A DNA stretch of 49,024 bases from an uncultured Muribaculaceae bacterium (lineage in GTDB: Bacteria; Bacillota_I; Bacilli_A; RF39; UBA660). Shown in pieces: positions 1 through 8,967 of this stretch (its first letter is position 1; each line of letters starts with the position of its first letter). Location: the NCBI GenBank assembly GCA_964546995.1, contig CAZJKO010000003.1, forward strand, positions 1-49,024, written 5' to 3'. The translations under genes and the position numbers were made by a program. The notes below the pieces were generated by a model. The model was not told where the DNA came from and searched no databases. It saw only the letters and a program-made list of their open reading frames with translations.

Positions 1-1199
1 TTACGGTGAAGGAAACGGGAACGAAGACGAGAAGTGAATACATGAATGCGAGTGCCGGAACGGTGATACCGATGGATGATATCAATACTATGTGGGTATG
101 GATTCCAAGGTATGAATATCTTATTTCTGAGGAAGCGAAGGGAGAAAAAACGACATGTGCATTTCCAGATGATTCTAGTTATCATTACGATTGTTATTTA
201 GATCCTGGGGAAATTAACATTCACTTTCTACTTGGGAATAATACCTTTGCAAGTGATGATCTGAATTATCACGTGCATCCTGCTTTTACCTTTGGTGATA
301 AGGAATTGGAAGGGCTTTGGTATGCTAAATTTGAAACGACAGGGACTTTGGATCAGGCTTGTACGAGTGAACATTGTGATGTCAGTACCGTCACGATCAA
401 ACCTGGTCTTCCTTCTTTAAGAAATCAACAAGTAAGTAGTTTCTTCTATATGGCAAGAAGTATGCAAATGAATAATGCTAGTACGTTTGGTTTTTCTAAA
501 ACGGAGAATTCCGATTTACATATGAGTAAGAATAGTGAATGGGGAGCTGTTACTTATTTATCTCAAAGTAAATACGGAAAATATGGGAATGCTAATTATG
601 TTGGTAGAGACAAAGAGGTTTATCAAAATAAATCCACTGACTATATTACGGGAAGTAGTAATGGTACACCAAGTACTGAGACTTACCGTACGCAAGTAAC
701 ATACGATGTAGAGGGAAGTGGAACGGGTGCTTCTACCACAGGTAATATAACGGGTGTTTACGATATGAGTGGAGGTGCGCTCGATTATGTGATGGGGGTA
801 TTAGCAGATAGTAATGGAGTACCAAGAACAGGATATAATGCTACGATTCATTCTGGATTTAACGGGATGTTATCCGATGGAAGTTATTATACTTCTGGCA
901 TTGATTTTCCTGATCGCAAGTATTATGATTTGTATCAATATGAAGTATTTTCAAATCCGTATGATTATTCTCTTACTTTATCTGCTTGTCATAAAGGCAT
1001 TTGTTTTGGACATGCTTTAAGTGAGACAGCAGGATGGTACCGTGATGCTCCCTATGTTATTTATAATAGTGGTGTTTGGTATATTCGAGGGGCTAATGCA
1101 ACAGATGGGGAGATCGGTGGTATTTTTTGCTCTGGGACTTATGGACAGGGATATGAGACTGCTATTAATACAACACGGTTAGTTCATGTTCCTTTGTAA
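1..1199 (+). CDS. Secreted/surface protein, 5'-truncated by the window edge; possible FGE-sulfatase-like (C-type-lectin fold) domain
   Basis: The reading frame is open to the window start (no in-frame stop before nt 6), so the N-terminus is missing. No TM helix is in the visible part. Motifs HPAFTF..WYAKFE and GVYDMSGGALDYVMG resemble by eye the core motifs of FGE-sulfatase-type domains (weak call). A hairpin plus T-run follows the stop. Confidence 0.6.
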   Translation, partial: TVKETGTKTRSEYMNASAGTVIPMDDINTMWVWIPRYEYLISEEAKGEKTTCAFPDDSSYHYDCYLDPGEINIHFLLGNNTFASDDLNYHVHPAFTFGDKELEGLWYAKFETTGTLDQACTSEHCDVSTVTIKPGLPSLRNQQVSSFFYMARSMQMNNASTFGFSKTENSDLHMSKNSEWGAVTYLSQSKYGKYGNANYVGRDKEVYQNKSTDYITGSSNGTPSTETYRTQVTYDVEGSGTGASTTGNITGVYDMSGGALDYVMGVLADSNGVPRTGYNATIHSGFNGMLSDGSYYTSGIDFPDRKYYDLYQYEVFSNPYDYSLTLSACHKGICFGHALSETAGWYRDAPYVIYNSGVWYIRGANATDGEIGGIFCSGTYGQGYETAINTTRLVHVPL

Positions 1200-1216
1200 T
1201 ATCTACAAAATTTTGA

Positions 1217-1250
1217 AAAGGCGAAATTCAAACTTGCCTCTTTTTTTTTT
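1217..1250 (+). terminator. Rho-independent terminator candidate
   Basis: An imperfect hairpin aaggcg...ttgcct is followed by a T10 run (1241-1250), about 20 nt after the stop at 1199. Confidence 0.5.
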
Positions 1251-1300
1251 GTTTAAAATACGATATACTTAACAATATAGAATAGGATAGGGGTGGACTT

Positions 1301-2872
1301 ATGATTTTACGTAGACCATATGCTTTTTTGATTAAACACTTTAAGAAAATTCACATTAGTTTACTAATTTTTGCTGTTTATATTTTCTATAAGAATATGC
1401 AGTTTCATTCTTTTGTTAACGATTATATCGAACTTGGAATATACAATTCTTACATTGAGAGTGTCGATCGATATACCAATATTCTTTTTTATGTGATTGC
1501 GATTTTGATCGTTTTAGTTAGTGCGATTCTGATTTATCTTTTACGTTTTAAGAAAAAGCCGTATTTGTTTTATGTGTTTTTGATCGGAGAATATCTTGCT
1601 TTAATTTTTATTTTTATGTATGGATCTCACTATTTTCATACGATCTATGAATCGGCTTCGACGATGGCATCCCTTGCGCTTCGCGATATGTTGTTTATTG
1701 CAACGATTCCCCAGTACGTGATTTTTATTTTATTGTTTATTCGTTCGTTGGGACTAGATCTTAAAAAGTTTGGGTTTCAGGAAGAGGATTCGTTTGTTCT
1801 TTCCGAGAACGACAATGAAGAATTTGAAGTTCAGTTAGAAGTAGATAAAGATGATTTAAAACGGAATTTGCGTAAACAAATGCGTTATTTGACTTATTTT
1901 TATAAAGAGCATTCGTTTGTTCTTACCATTCTATTTGGTGTTTTGGTGCTTGGTTCGATTGGATATACATATCTTTACTTTGGAATTCTTCATAAATCTT
2001 ATGGTGAGGGTCAATCGTTTCAAGCAAATAATTATCGTATTACGATTAATCAAAGTTACATGACGGATAAAAATAAGTCAGGGGAAGTGATTGCCGAAAA
2101 AGATAAGGTGTTTGTGATTTTGGATGTTTCGGTTGATAATTTAGGTAGTGAAAGGGAAATTGATATTGAAAAGTTTATGTTGATGAATCAAAATCAATAT
2201 GCTGTTCCTACTGTGAAATACAATCAGGCTTTTCAAGATCTTGGTACTCCTTACGAAAAAGGGACTTTAAAGGTGGGAGCAAAGACTAACTTTTTATTAA
2301 TTTATCAAATCGATAAGAAACTACTAAATAAGAATTTTGCTCTTTTCTATCAAGAGATTGCTAGTACAACGTCATTTAAGCTTCGTAAGATTAAATTAAA
2401 GGTTAAAGATATGACGACTCTTTCTTTGAAAACAAGTAAAAAAATGGGAGAAGAAATGGAACTTCTTCTTCCTAGTGGAGAGAAGAAAAATTTTACGATC
2501 AATTCTCTTTCTTATCAAGATCAGATTACTTATTATTATGAAAAATGCTATGTTCATGACTGCAGTATTGTAACCAATACGGTGTCTAGTTCTCAATTTG
2601 GACAAAATAAGAAGATTTTAGAACTTTCTTTTCAATCATTTGATTTAAATGGTAAGGAATTAATTGACTTTTTGCGACAGTATGGTAAAATTAATTATGA
2701 GAATAGCGAAGGTAAGAGTATTAGTGTAGATGTTCGGGATGCAGTTTTAGTTCATTATACGGGGAATTATCTTTACTTAGTGGTACCCGACGAGGTAGTA
2801 TCTAATGCAAACAATCGTGTTTTGCTTACGTGGACCATTAGAGATTCCGTTTATCAGTACCAATTAAGTTAG
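1301..2872 (+). CDS. Polytopic membrane protein with a large extracytoplasmic C-terminal domain (DUF4352-like Ig fold suspected)
   Basis: 523-aa ORF with a G-rich RBS (ataggggtgg) upstream. The N-terminal ~170 aa has several hydrophobic helices, and there is one more TM near residues 205-225. The segment VFVILDVSVDNLGSEREIDIEKFMLMNQNQYAVP...GAKTNFLLIYQI resembles DUF4352-type domains by eye. Confidence 0.6.
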   Translation: MILRRPYAFLIKHFKKIHISLLIFAVYIFYKNMQFHSFVNDYIELGIYNSYIESVDRYTNILFYVIAILIVLVSAILIYLLRFKKKPYLFYVFLIGEYLALIFIFMYGSHYFHTIYESASTMASLALRDMLFIATIPQYVIFILLFIRSLGLDLKKFGFQEEDSFVLSENDNEEFEVQLEVDKDDLKRNLRKQMRYLTYFYKEHSFVLTILFGVLVLGSIGYTYLYFGILHKSYGEGQSFQANNYRITINQSYMTDKNKSGEVIAEKDKVFVILDVSVDNLGSEREIDIEKFMLMNQNQYAVPTVKYNQAFQDLGTPYEKGTLKVGAKTNFLLIYQIDKKLLNKNFALFYQEIASTTSFKLRKIKLKVKDMTTLSLKTSKKMGEEMELLLPSGEKKNFTINSLSYQDQITYYYEKCYVHDCSIVTNTVSSSQFGQNKKILELSFQSFDLNGKELIDFLRQYGKINYENSEGKSISVDVRDAVLVHYTGNYLYLVVPDEVVSNANNRVLLTWTIRDSVYQYQLS

Positions 2873-2884
2873 GGAGATGATGAA

Positions 2885-4699
2885 ATGAAAGAGAAAAAGA
2901 AGTGGAAAAAAGTAGGAAAAATTGTGCTTGGTATTTGTCTTGCTTTTTTTCTTGTGTTTCTAATATGGTGGTTGTTTTTGGAAAAGTTTTATCTGTTTCA
3001 TAAGAGTGAGAAGCGGGTAGAAGATGCTGCTAGAGATTATTATCAGTTAAATGAGAAACGGCTTCCAGATAAGGCTTTGGAAGTTTCGACGGTTTCTCTT
3101 CAGACGTTATATGAAGAGAAATGGGTGGATTCTATCTATATTCCTCGAAGTAAAACCCTTTGTAATAGTGATGATTCTTGGGTAAAGGTAAGAAAAGAGA
3201 AAGATGGAAACTACAAGTATTATGTCTATTTATCTTGTGGGAAGTTTTCTTCTAATGTCGATCATGAGGGACCTGAAATTACCTTAAATGGTAGAGATGA
3301 AATTACGGTTTCGAGAGGAAGTACATACGAAGAACTCGGAGTAAAAAGTGTCATCGATGCAACAGATAAGAAAATGGACGCTAGCCTTGTGAAGATCGAT
3401 AGTAGTAACGTCGATACAAGTAAGCTAGGAGATTATGAAGTTACTTATACTGTTTCTGATTCTTTTCACAATAAGACTGTTAAGAAGAGAAAAGTGACTG
3501 TCATTCAGGTACTTAATGAACTTGTTCAATCATCGACAAATGGTACTGGTCTTTATCAAGGTCCTGTCGAAAACAACTATCTTCAGTTTTCTGGTATGTT
3601 ATTTCGCATTGTGAAGGAAGATGATGATAAGCATATTCAAATTGTTACCGAAGAAAATATTTCGAATATTAATTATGGTTTTCCAGAGTACGAGAAGAGT
3701 AATGTTCGTAAGTGGCTCAACGAATACTTTTATCAACACTTATCTTCTTCTGCGAAGAAATTCTTAGTTAAGGGAGAATTTTGTACCGATATGACGAGTG
3801 ATGCAACGGTACAACGTGATGTTTGTGAAAAAGCTGTTTCCGATTATGTTGGACAGCTTACGATCGATGACTACAATAGGACATTGATTGGTGGTACTTA
3901 TTTAAACAATCATTTGCCTTATGCGTTTATGACGAAACTTAGCGATACAGAGGTCTATTCTTTCCATCCGGATAAAGGGTATGCTATCTTTTCGTTCGAT
4001 CGTTTGCTTCCTGTTCGACCTGTTCTTTATTTAAAAGAGGGGTTGAAGGTTGTTGCAGGGGATGGTACTAGATACAATCCTTACCGTTTGGAAGATTATA
4101 CTTATGCAAAAGCTTCTAGTCTTTTAAAGGATCGTTTGAGTGGAGAATTTATTCATTATGCTGGTCATTTGTTCCGCATTATCGAAGTCGAAAAAGATGG
4201 TTCGATTAAAGTTGTGATGGATGATATTTGGAAAGATGAAAACGATAAAGCATTGAAACCAACTTATGAGAACGATACAAATCAGTTTGTCTTTAAGGTC
4301 GATGAGGTTGGAAATTTAGGTTACATTATCAATCAACATTTTACACAGTATTTGCCGTCTAAATTAATTGTGCCTGGTGAGTTTCGGACGACGTATCTCG
4401 ATAATGGTCTTTATTACGATCAGTTAGAGTCTATTTCCTATAAAGCAACGTTTGCTGTACCTGATACCTACGAGATGTTTTCTAGTAAAAGTACTAGTAC
4501 CGATTACAATAATTTTTGGTTACGTAATGCTTCGAAGAGCGATGGCGTGATTGTGTTTGTCACAACTCTTGGGACGCCAATTGAGATTACGTATCGATTA
4601 AATCGTTACAATGGGGTTCGTCTTGTTACAAGATTTCGTTCTGATACACAAATTATCAGTGGTAAAGGTTTAAGAGAAGATCCTTATTATGTAAAATAA
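2885..4699 (+). CDS. N-terminally membrane-anchored surface protein with a DUF5011-type Ig-like domain and an internally duplicated module ending in GxG...(N/D)PY
   Basis: 604 aa with a basic N-terminus plus one TM (IVLGICLAFFLVFLIWWLFL). GPEITLNGRDEITVSRGSTYEELGV...GDYEVTYTVSDSFHNKTVKKRKVTV matches the DUF5011 Ig-like pattern, which is also seen at 31019-32242. The modules ...FSGMLFRIVK...VRPVLYLKEGLKVVAGDGTRYNPYRL and ...YAGHLFRIIE...SGKGLREDPYYVK repeat. Paralog of 14071-15240. Confidence 0.7.
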   Translation: MKEKKKWKKVGKIVLGICLAFFLVFLIWWLFLEKFYLFHKSEKRVEDAARDYYQLNEKRLPDKALEVSTVSLQTLYEEKWVDSIYIPRSKTLCNSDDSWVKVRKEKDGNYKYYVYLSCGKFSSNVDHEGPEITLNGRDEITVSRGSTYEELGVKSVIDATDKKMDASLVKIDSSNVDTSKLGDYEVTYTVSDSFHNKTVKKRKVTVIQVLNELVQSSTNGTGLYQGPVENNYLQFSGMLFRIVKEDDDKHIQIVTEENISNINYGFPEYEKSNVRKWLNEYFYQHLSSSAKKFLVKGEFCTDMTSDATVQRDVCEKAVSDYVGQLTIDDYNRTLIGGTYLNNHLPYAFMTKLSDTEVYSFHPDKGYAIFSFDRLLPVRPVLYLKEGLKVVAGDGTRYNPYRLEDYTYAKASSLLKDRLSGEFIHYAGHLFRIIEVEKDGSIKVVMDDIWKDENDKALKPTYENDTNQFVFKVDEVGNLGYIINQHFTQYLPSKLIVPGEFRTTYLDNGLYYDQLESISYKATFAVPDTYEMFSSKSTSTDYNNFWLRNASKSDGVIVFVTTLGTPIEITYRLNRYNGVRLVTRFRSDTQIISGKGLREDPYYVK

Positions 4700-4714
4700 A
4701 GTGAGGTAGTAAAT

Positions 4715-5476
4715 ATGAAAAAATGGTTACTTCCTACGATTCTAGGTGTTTTATCTTGTATTGCGATTGGTATCTTTTTAGGATTAAAGGGTAGTGATCC
4801 TATCAAGATAGAACACAAGCTAGAAAGTAGAGTAAAAACATTGAAAGAACATCAAGATCAGGATGAAAATGTTCTTAGTTGGATTCAAGTGGAAGGAACG
4901 AATATCGATTATCCTGTGTTGTATTCTCCTAGTGTGGATAAGAGTGAAATCGATTATGATTACGCTTGGTCTAATTATAAAGAGGATCCGATTTCTTACC
5001 GAACGGTTTTGTATGGACACAACATTTTGAATGTATCGAATAAGCCATTGATCGCCTCACCGTTTCATCGGCGTTTCGAACAACTTTTGGGGTTTGTCTA
5101 TTTGGATTTTGCGAAAGAAAACCAGTTTATTGAATATACTGTCGGCGATAAAGATTATGTCTTTCAGATTTTCTCGGTTGCGTTTGTGGAAGACGATAAA
5201 CTGGATCGATCTAATTTAACCATGGATGCGAAGAGAGAGGAATACATTCAAACATCACTATCCGATAGTTTCTTTGAATACGATGTCGACGTTTCTAAAG
5301 AGGATTACTTGTTGTCGTTAATTACTTGTACGAGGTTCTTTGGAGCGGATAAAGATATTGCGTTTAAGATCGATGCAAAGTTGATTCGTGACGGTTCTTC
5401 TCAAAAATATACGTCGATTAAGACAAAAGAAAAATATGCTGTGTTAATCGAGCAAGGGAGGTTTGAAGAAATATGA
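4715..5476 (+). CDS. srtB: Class B sortase-like transpeptidase
   Basis: 253 aa with an N-terminal TM anchor. The motifs appear in SrtB order: VLSWIQVEGTNIDYPVLYS, catalytic-His motif VLYGHNI, YVFQIFSVAF, and catalytic-Cys motif LLSLITCT. The stop overlaps the next start (ATGA at 5473-5476). Confidence 0.8.
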   Translation: MKKWLLPTILGVLSCIAIGIFLGLKGSDPIKIEHKLESRVKTLKEHQDQDENVLSWIQVEGTNIDYPVLYSPSVDKSEIDYDYAWSNYKEDPISYRTVLYGHNILNVSNKPLIASPFHRRFEQLLGFVYLDFAKENQFIEYTVGDKDYVFQIFSVAFVEDDKLDRSNLTMDAKREEYIQTSLSDSFFEYDVDVSKEDYLLSLITCTRFFGADKDIAFKIDAKLIRDGSSQKYTSIKTKEKYAVLIEQGRFEEI

Positions 5477-7713
5477 AAAAAATAGGATATCTGTTCTTCT
5501 TTTCGGTATGTGCGTTTTTTCTCTATACGGATGTTTTTGCGGTCGAGTTACCGAATACGACAAATGTTTGTCCAACACCGGAAGAATTTGATAAGTACGA
5601 TGTTCATCATATTTATACATTGAATGAAGCAGATAACGGGAAGTTAAAGTTTGAAGTTTCTACTTCGAGTGATAATACTTACATTGCTAGGTTTCATCGA
5701 ATGCAGGGAATTTCTGTTTTGGATGTGAATACGGGACAGAGGTATTATCCAGATGACTATGGTAACATTTCCATCTTTGGCATTCGTGGTGGTAGTAGTG
5801 TTCGTTATGAGTTCTTTATTGCCGATCAAGCGAGTCCTTGTGTCAACCATAAGCTTGGATCTTTGGATACCTACGTGCGGCCTATTACGCGAAATCAACT
5901 TTATGGAAGTACGGCTTGTCAGAATTACATTACGCAGTGTGGAAGTGATGCGAAGAGTCGGGAAGCGGTTCCTATGTGTTTTGAAGAGTTTATTACTGGT
6001 AGTCAATACGATTATGCTAGTACGACTCGGATGATTGAGACGGTTACTGCGGGGTGTCGAACGAATTACGATGATACAGAGGCAGTAAAAGGGCAAACGA
6101 CAACACTTTGGTGTGAATACGACAATAGTAAAAACAATGCGTCGTTTCGTCATAATGCCAATTATTCGAGTTACGAATATTGTAGAGTCGATTGTACGGA
6201 GACTCTTCGAATCAGTTACGATAGTCCGATTGCCACAGTAGCAGGACTTGGATTTCAATATCAACTTAGGCTTAGTTCTGATGTTAGTTGTAATGTAACG
6301 ACGACGAAGGTTCCTGTTCGTCCAACGGTTTGTGTACCAACTTGTTCTTGTAATGGTGGTAAATACAACAATGATAACGATACCCATGGAGGACCGAATG
6401 AAGCGTTCGATAGTTGTGTAAAACAATGTGATGGTGGTAAATATACACAAGGATGTATCGATTCTTGCTATCAAGATGTGTACGTATTAAAGAAAGATTT
6501 TAAGGGTCTATCTTATCAGAACAAAACTTCCTTCTCTCAAAATACATTTGGAGGAACGTTTGTTACGTGGATCGATAGTGTTGGATGTTCGCATGCTGAC
6601 GACTGTGATGCAACTTGTTCTTTGACGAGTTGTCCTGCTGACAGTGTTGAAACGGATGCGGAAGCAGATGCGATTTATGCTTCTCGAGTTGCTCAAGCTG
6701 AAGCGGATCATGCTAGTTGTAGTGCCGATGCCTCAGGAGCTTCTTCAGATCTTACTGGAAAGGATCACTATCAAGCGACGGTCTTGAATCCAGTGACGGA
6801 AGAAAACAAGTTCGAATATGGTTCTCTTACGGTCGGAGGTAGTGGTAGTAGTGTAACGATCGATTTTCCACAGGCTTATATCGATAAAGAGACGGGTGTT
6901 ATTTACTATCATAGAAAGAGCTTGAAAAAAGAGTCACAGTATTATTACGATGGTGGAACGAAGTTCTACACGTCGATTAAGACTCCTAGTACTAACCGTG
7001 TTCTTAGTTGGCCTCTTCCCCTTACTAGTGCCGATCATAATTTTAATACGAACGCCGTTCGTTGGAACATTTTAGAGAATATTCGTAACATCGGTGTGTG
7101 GGGACAATGGAACATTAATGTTAACTGTTTCTATGGTTTGGTGAATAAATATTATTGTGATGATGAAAATTGTCCTGAAGATACGATCGAGGGAGGTCTA
7201 CAATACATTTTTAGGCCGATCGATTTAGAGGATGTGTTCCCGAACGATCGCAATCCTAGATGGAACTGGTCGTGTGGAGCAACCTCTACTTGGAAGGGTG
7301 GGCGTTATCCGATTACGCCGGTCTCTTTAACAGATCGCATTGAGAGTCAAGGCAATGAGATTTACGATGTTTCGAAAGAAGATACGTATCTCGATTACCA
7401 TATTTATTTAAATACTGATACGATGAGACAGATTCGAAATTACAATTCGGATAAAGGTAGTTACGGTAAAAACGATAATTACTGTGTGAAAGATGGTAAT
7501 CGTACAGTATGTAAGAGTGGACTTCTAGATGAATTAGAGAAGATGAGTGGAGTTGTTTTAAAACGAAATACTCAACTGATTGGATGCAATAATCCTAAGG
7601 GAAATCAATGTGACTACAATCGTGATGTTTCGCAGTGTGTTACTTACTTTAGAGGAAATAATTACGACATTGTCGATTGTAAAACAGTAGAACATATCGA
7701 GGTGGATCAATGA
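5473..7713 (+). CDS. Large secreted cysteine-rich protein of unknown function
   Basis: 746 aa with a signal peptide MKKIGYLFFFSVCAFFLYTDVFA/VE. I count about 32 Cys in the mature part, including clustered CxxC-like stretches (CVPTCSCNGGKY...CVKQCDGGKYTQGCIDSC; CSHADDCDATCSLTSC). No LPXTG-type C-terminus and no TM. Translationally coupled on both sides (ATGA overlaps). Confidence 0.75.
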   Translation: MKKIGYLFFFSVCAFFLYTDVFAVELPNTTNVCPTPEEFDKYDVHHIYTLNEADNGKLKFEVSTSSDNTYIARFHRMQGISVLDVNTGQRYYPDDYGNISIFGIRGGSSVRYEFFIADQASPCVNHKLGSLDTYVRPITRNQLYGSTACQNYITQCGSDAKSREAVPMCFEEFITGSQYDYASTTRMIETVTAGCRTNYDDTEAVKGQTTTLWCEYDNSKNNASFRHNANYSSYEYCRVDCTETLRISYDSPIATVAGLGFQYQLRLSSDVSCNVTTTKVPVRPTVCVPTCSCNGGKYNNDNDTHGGPNEAFDSCVKQCDGGKYTQGCIDSCYQDVYVLKKDFKGLSYQNKTSFSQNTFGGTFVTWIDSVGCSHADDCDATCSLTSCPADSVETDAEADAIYASRVAQAEADHASCSADASGASSDLTGKDHYQATVLNPVTEENKFEYGSLTVGGSGSSVTIDFPQAYIDKETGVIYYHRKSLKKESQYYYDGGTKFYTSIKTPSTNRVLSWPLPLTSADHNFNTNAVRWNILENIRNIGVWGQWNINVNCFYGLVNKYYCDDENCPEDTIEGGLQYIFRPIDLEDVFPNDRNPRWNWSCGATSTWKGGRYPITPVSLTDRIESQGNEIYDVSKEDTYLDYHIYLNTDTMRQIRNYNSDKGSYGKNDNYCVKDGNRTVCKSGLLDELEKMSGVVLKRNTQLIGCNNPKGNQCDYNRDVSQCVTYFRGNNYDIVDCKTVEHIEVDQ

Positions 7714-8159
7714 ATAGAGCAGTGATGGCCGCAGGAATTGTGGCGCTTGGGATATTGACATTTGTGTTAATTAACGTGATATCGAATTATCAACAAGGAA
7801 ATGAACTCGATTGGTCCTTGCTTAAAGATACGACGGAGGCAGCGATGATTGACGCTGTCGACGTTGGGTACTATCGAATGAATGGACAAGTTCGAATCGA
7901 TAAAGAGAAGTTTATCGAGAGCTTTATCCGAAGATTTAGTCAGTCTGTCAATTACGATCGTAATTACGATTTGAAATTTTATGATATAAATGAAACACCA
8001 CCGAAAGTAAGTATTCAAGTTGGAAGTGATACGTCTGTTACATTCAATAGCGAAACACTTACGATTCGGAATCGAATTGATGGAATATTAGAAACCAAAT
8101 ACGATGAAAACCGTATTTTGGAACAATTAATGAGAGAAGGGAAATTGAATTATGAATAA
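7710..8159 (+). CDS. Membrane-anchored pilus-associated protein (TadE/TadG-like pseudopilin candidate)
   Basis: 149 aa. The N-terminus MNRAVMAAGIVALGILTFVLINV is a short leader plus a single hydrophobic helix, and the rest is soluble. It overlaps the upstream gene by 4 nt and the cpaB-like gene by 8 nt. Confidence 0.45.
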   Translation: MNRAVMAAGIVALGILTFVLINVISNYQQGNELDWSLLKDTTEAAMIDAVDVGYYRMNGQVRIDKEKFIESFIRRFSQSVNYDRNYDLKFYDINETPPKVSIQVGSDTSVTFNSETLTIRNRIDGILETKYDENRILEQLMREGKLNYE

Positions 8160-8958
8160 TCTAATTGTTGGAATCAAAAAGTTTTTTACAAACAAAAATA
8201 CTGTTACCGTCATTGGGGTATTAGCAGCGGTACTTGTTCTTTATGTTGGATACAACATGAGAATTAGTAGTGCCATTAATCCCGTTACGGTAGCCTATGC
8301 AAAACAGACGATCGATCCTGGTACGAAAATTACTGCTGATATGATTGGGACGATGCAAGTACCTCCTGCTATGTTAAAAGGAGAAGTACTTCGAAATCCT
8401 AGCGATGTTGTCGGAAAATATGCTAATTCCGATAGTATTATCCCTGCTGGAAGTTTATTCTATGCTAGAATTGTTGTACCAAAAGAACAACTTCCTACAG
8501 GAGGCATTTTAGAGTATCCTGATGGGTATGTTCTCTATAACTTCCCAATCGATGTTGAATCTTCTTATGGTAACTCTATTTTTCCAGGTAACTATATCGA
8601 TATCTATTTGAAAGCAATCAATAAACTAGATGCTGCTGATCCGAATCAAAGAGATAAGATCATGGTTGGTAAGTTAATTCAAAATGTCAAAGTATTAGCT
8701 GTTAAAGATAGTAATGGAGATCCTGTATTCTCTAATTTAGAAGAGAAGAAGACACCAGCTATGATGGTATTTGCTGTTCCTGAAGAATACCATATCTTAC
8801 TTCGTAAAGCGAGCTTCTTAAGAGCATACGATACGACGTTAATTCCTGTTCCTACAGCAGAAAGCTTAAAAGAGGAACCAGGCGAAGTACAAATTAGTAG
8901 TGAAGATTTAAAGAACTTTATTAATTCTGTTACCGTTTGGACTGATACTGTACAATAG
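8152..8958 (+). CDS. cpaB: Flp pilus assembly protein CpaB/RcpC-like (SAF domain)
   Basis: 268 aa with an N-terminal TM (VTVIGVLAAVLVLYVGY). This is followed by a SAF-like segment VAYAKQTIDPGTKITADMIGTMQVPPAMLKGEVLRNPSDVVGKYANSDSIIPAGSLF, typical of CpaB. It lies directly upstream of the secretion ATPase. Confidence 0.7.
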   Translation: MNNLIVGIKKFFTNKNTVTVIGVLAAVLVLYVGYNMRISSAINPVTVAYAKQTIDPGTKITADMIGTMQVPPAMLKGEVLRNPSDVVGKYANSDSIIPAGSLFYARIVVPKEQLPTGGILEYPDGYVLYNFPIDVESSYGNSIFPGNYIDIYLKAINKLDAADPNQRDKIMVGKLIQNVKVLAVKDSNGDPVFSNLEEKKTPAMMVFAVPEEYHILLRKASFLRAYDTTLIPVPTAESLKEEPGEVQISSEDLKNFINSVTVWTDTVQ

Positions 8959-8967
8959 TGAGAGGAT

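Noticed and set aside
5644-6474. 276-aa ORF on the minus strand, antisense to the Cys-rich protein gene
   Set aside because: It lies completely inside a well-supported + strand gene. The product is Arg/Thr/Ile-rich low-complexity sequence typical of the antisense frame of an AT-rich gene. It has no RBS and no recognisable motif.
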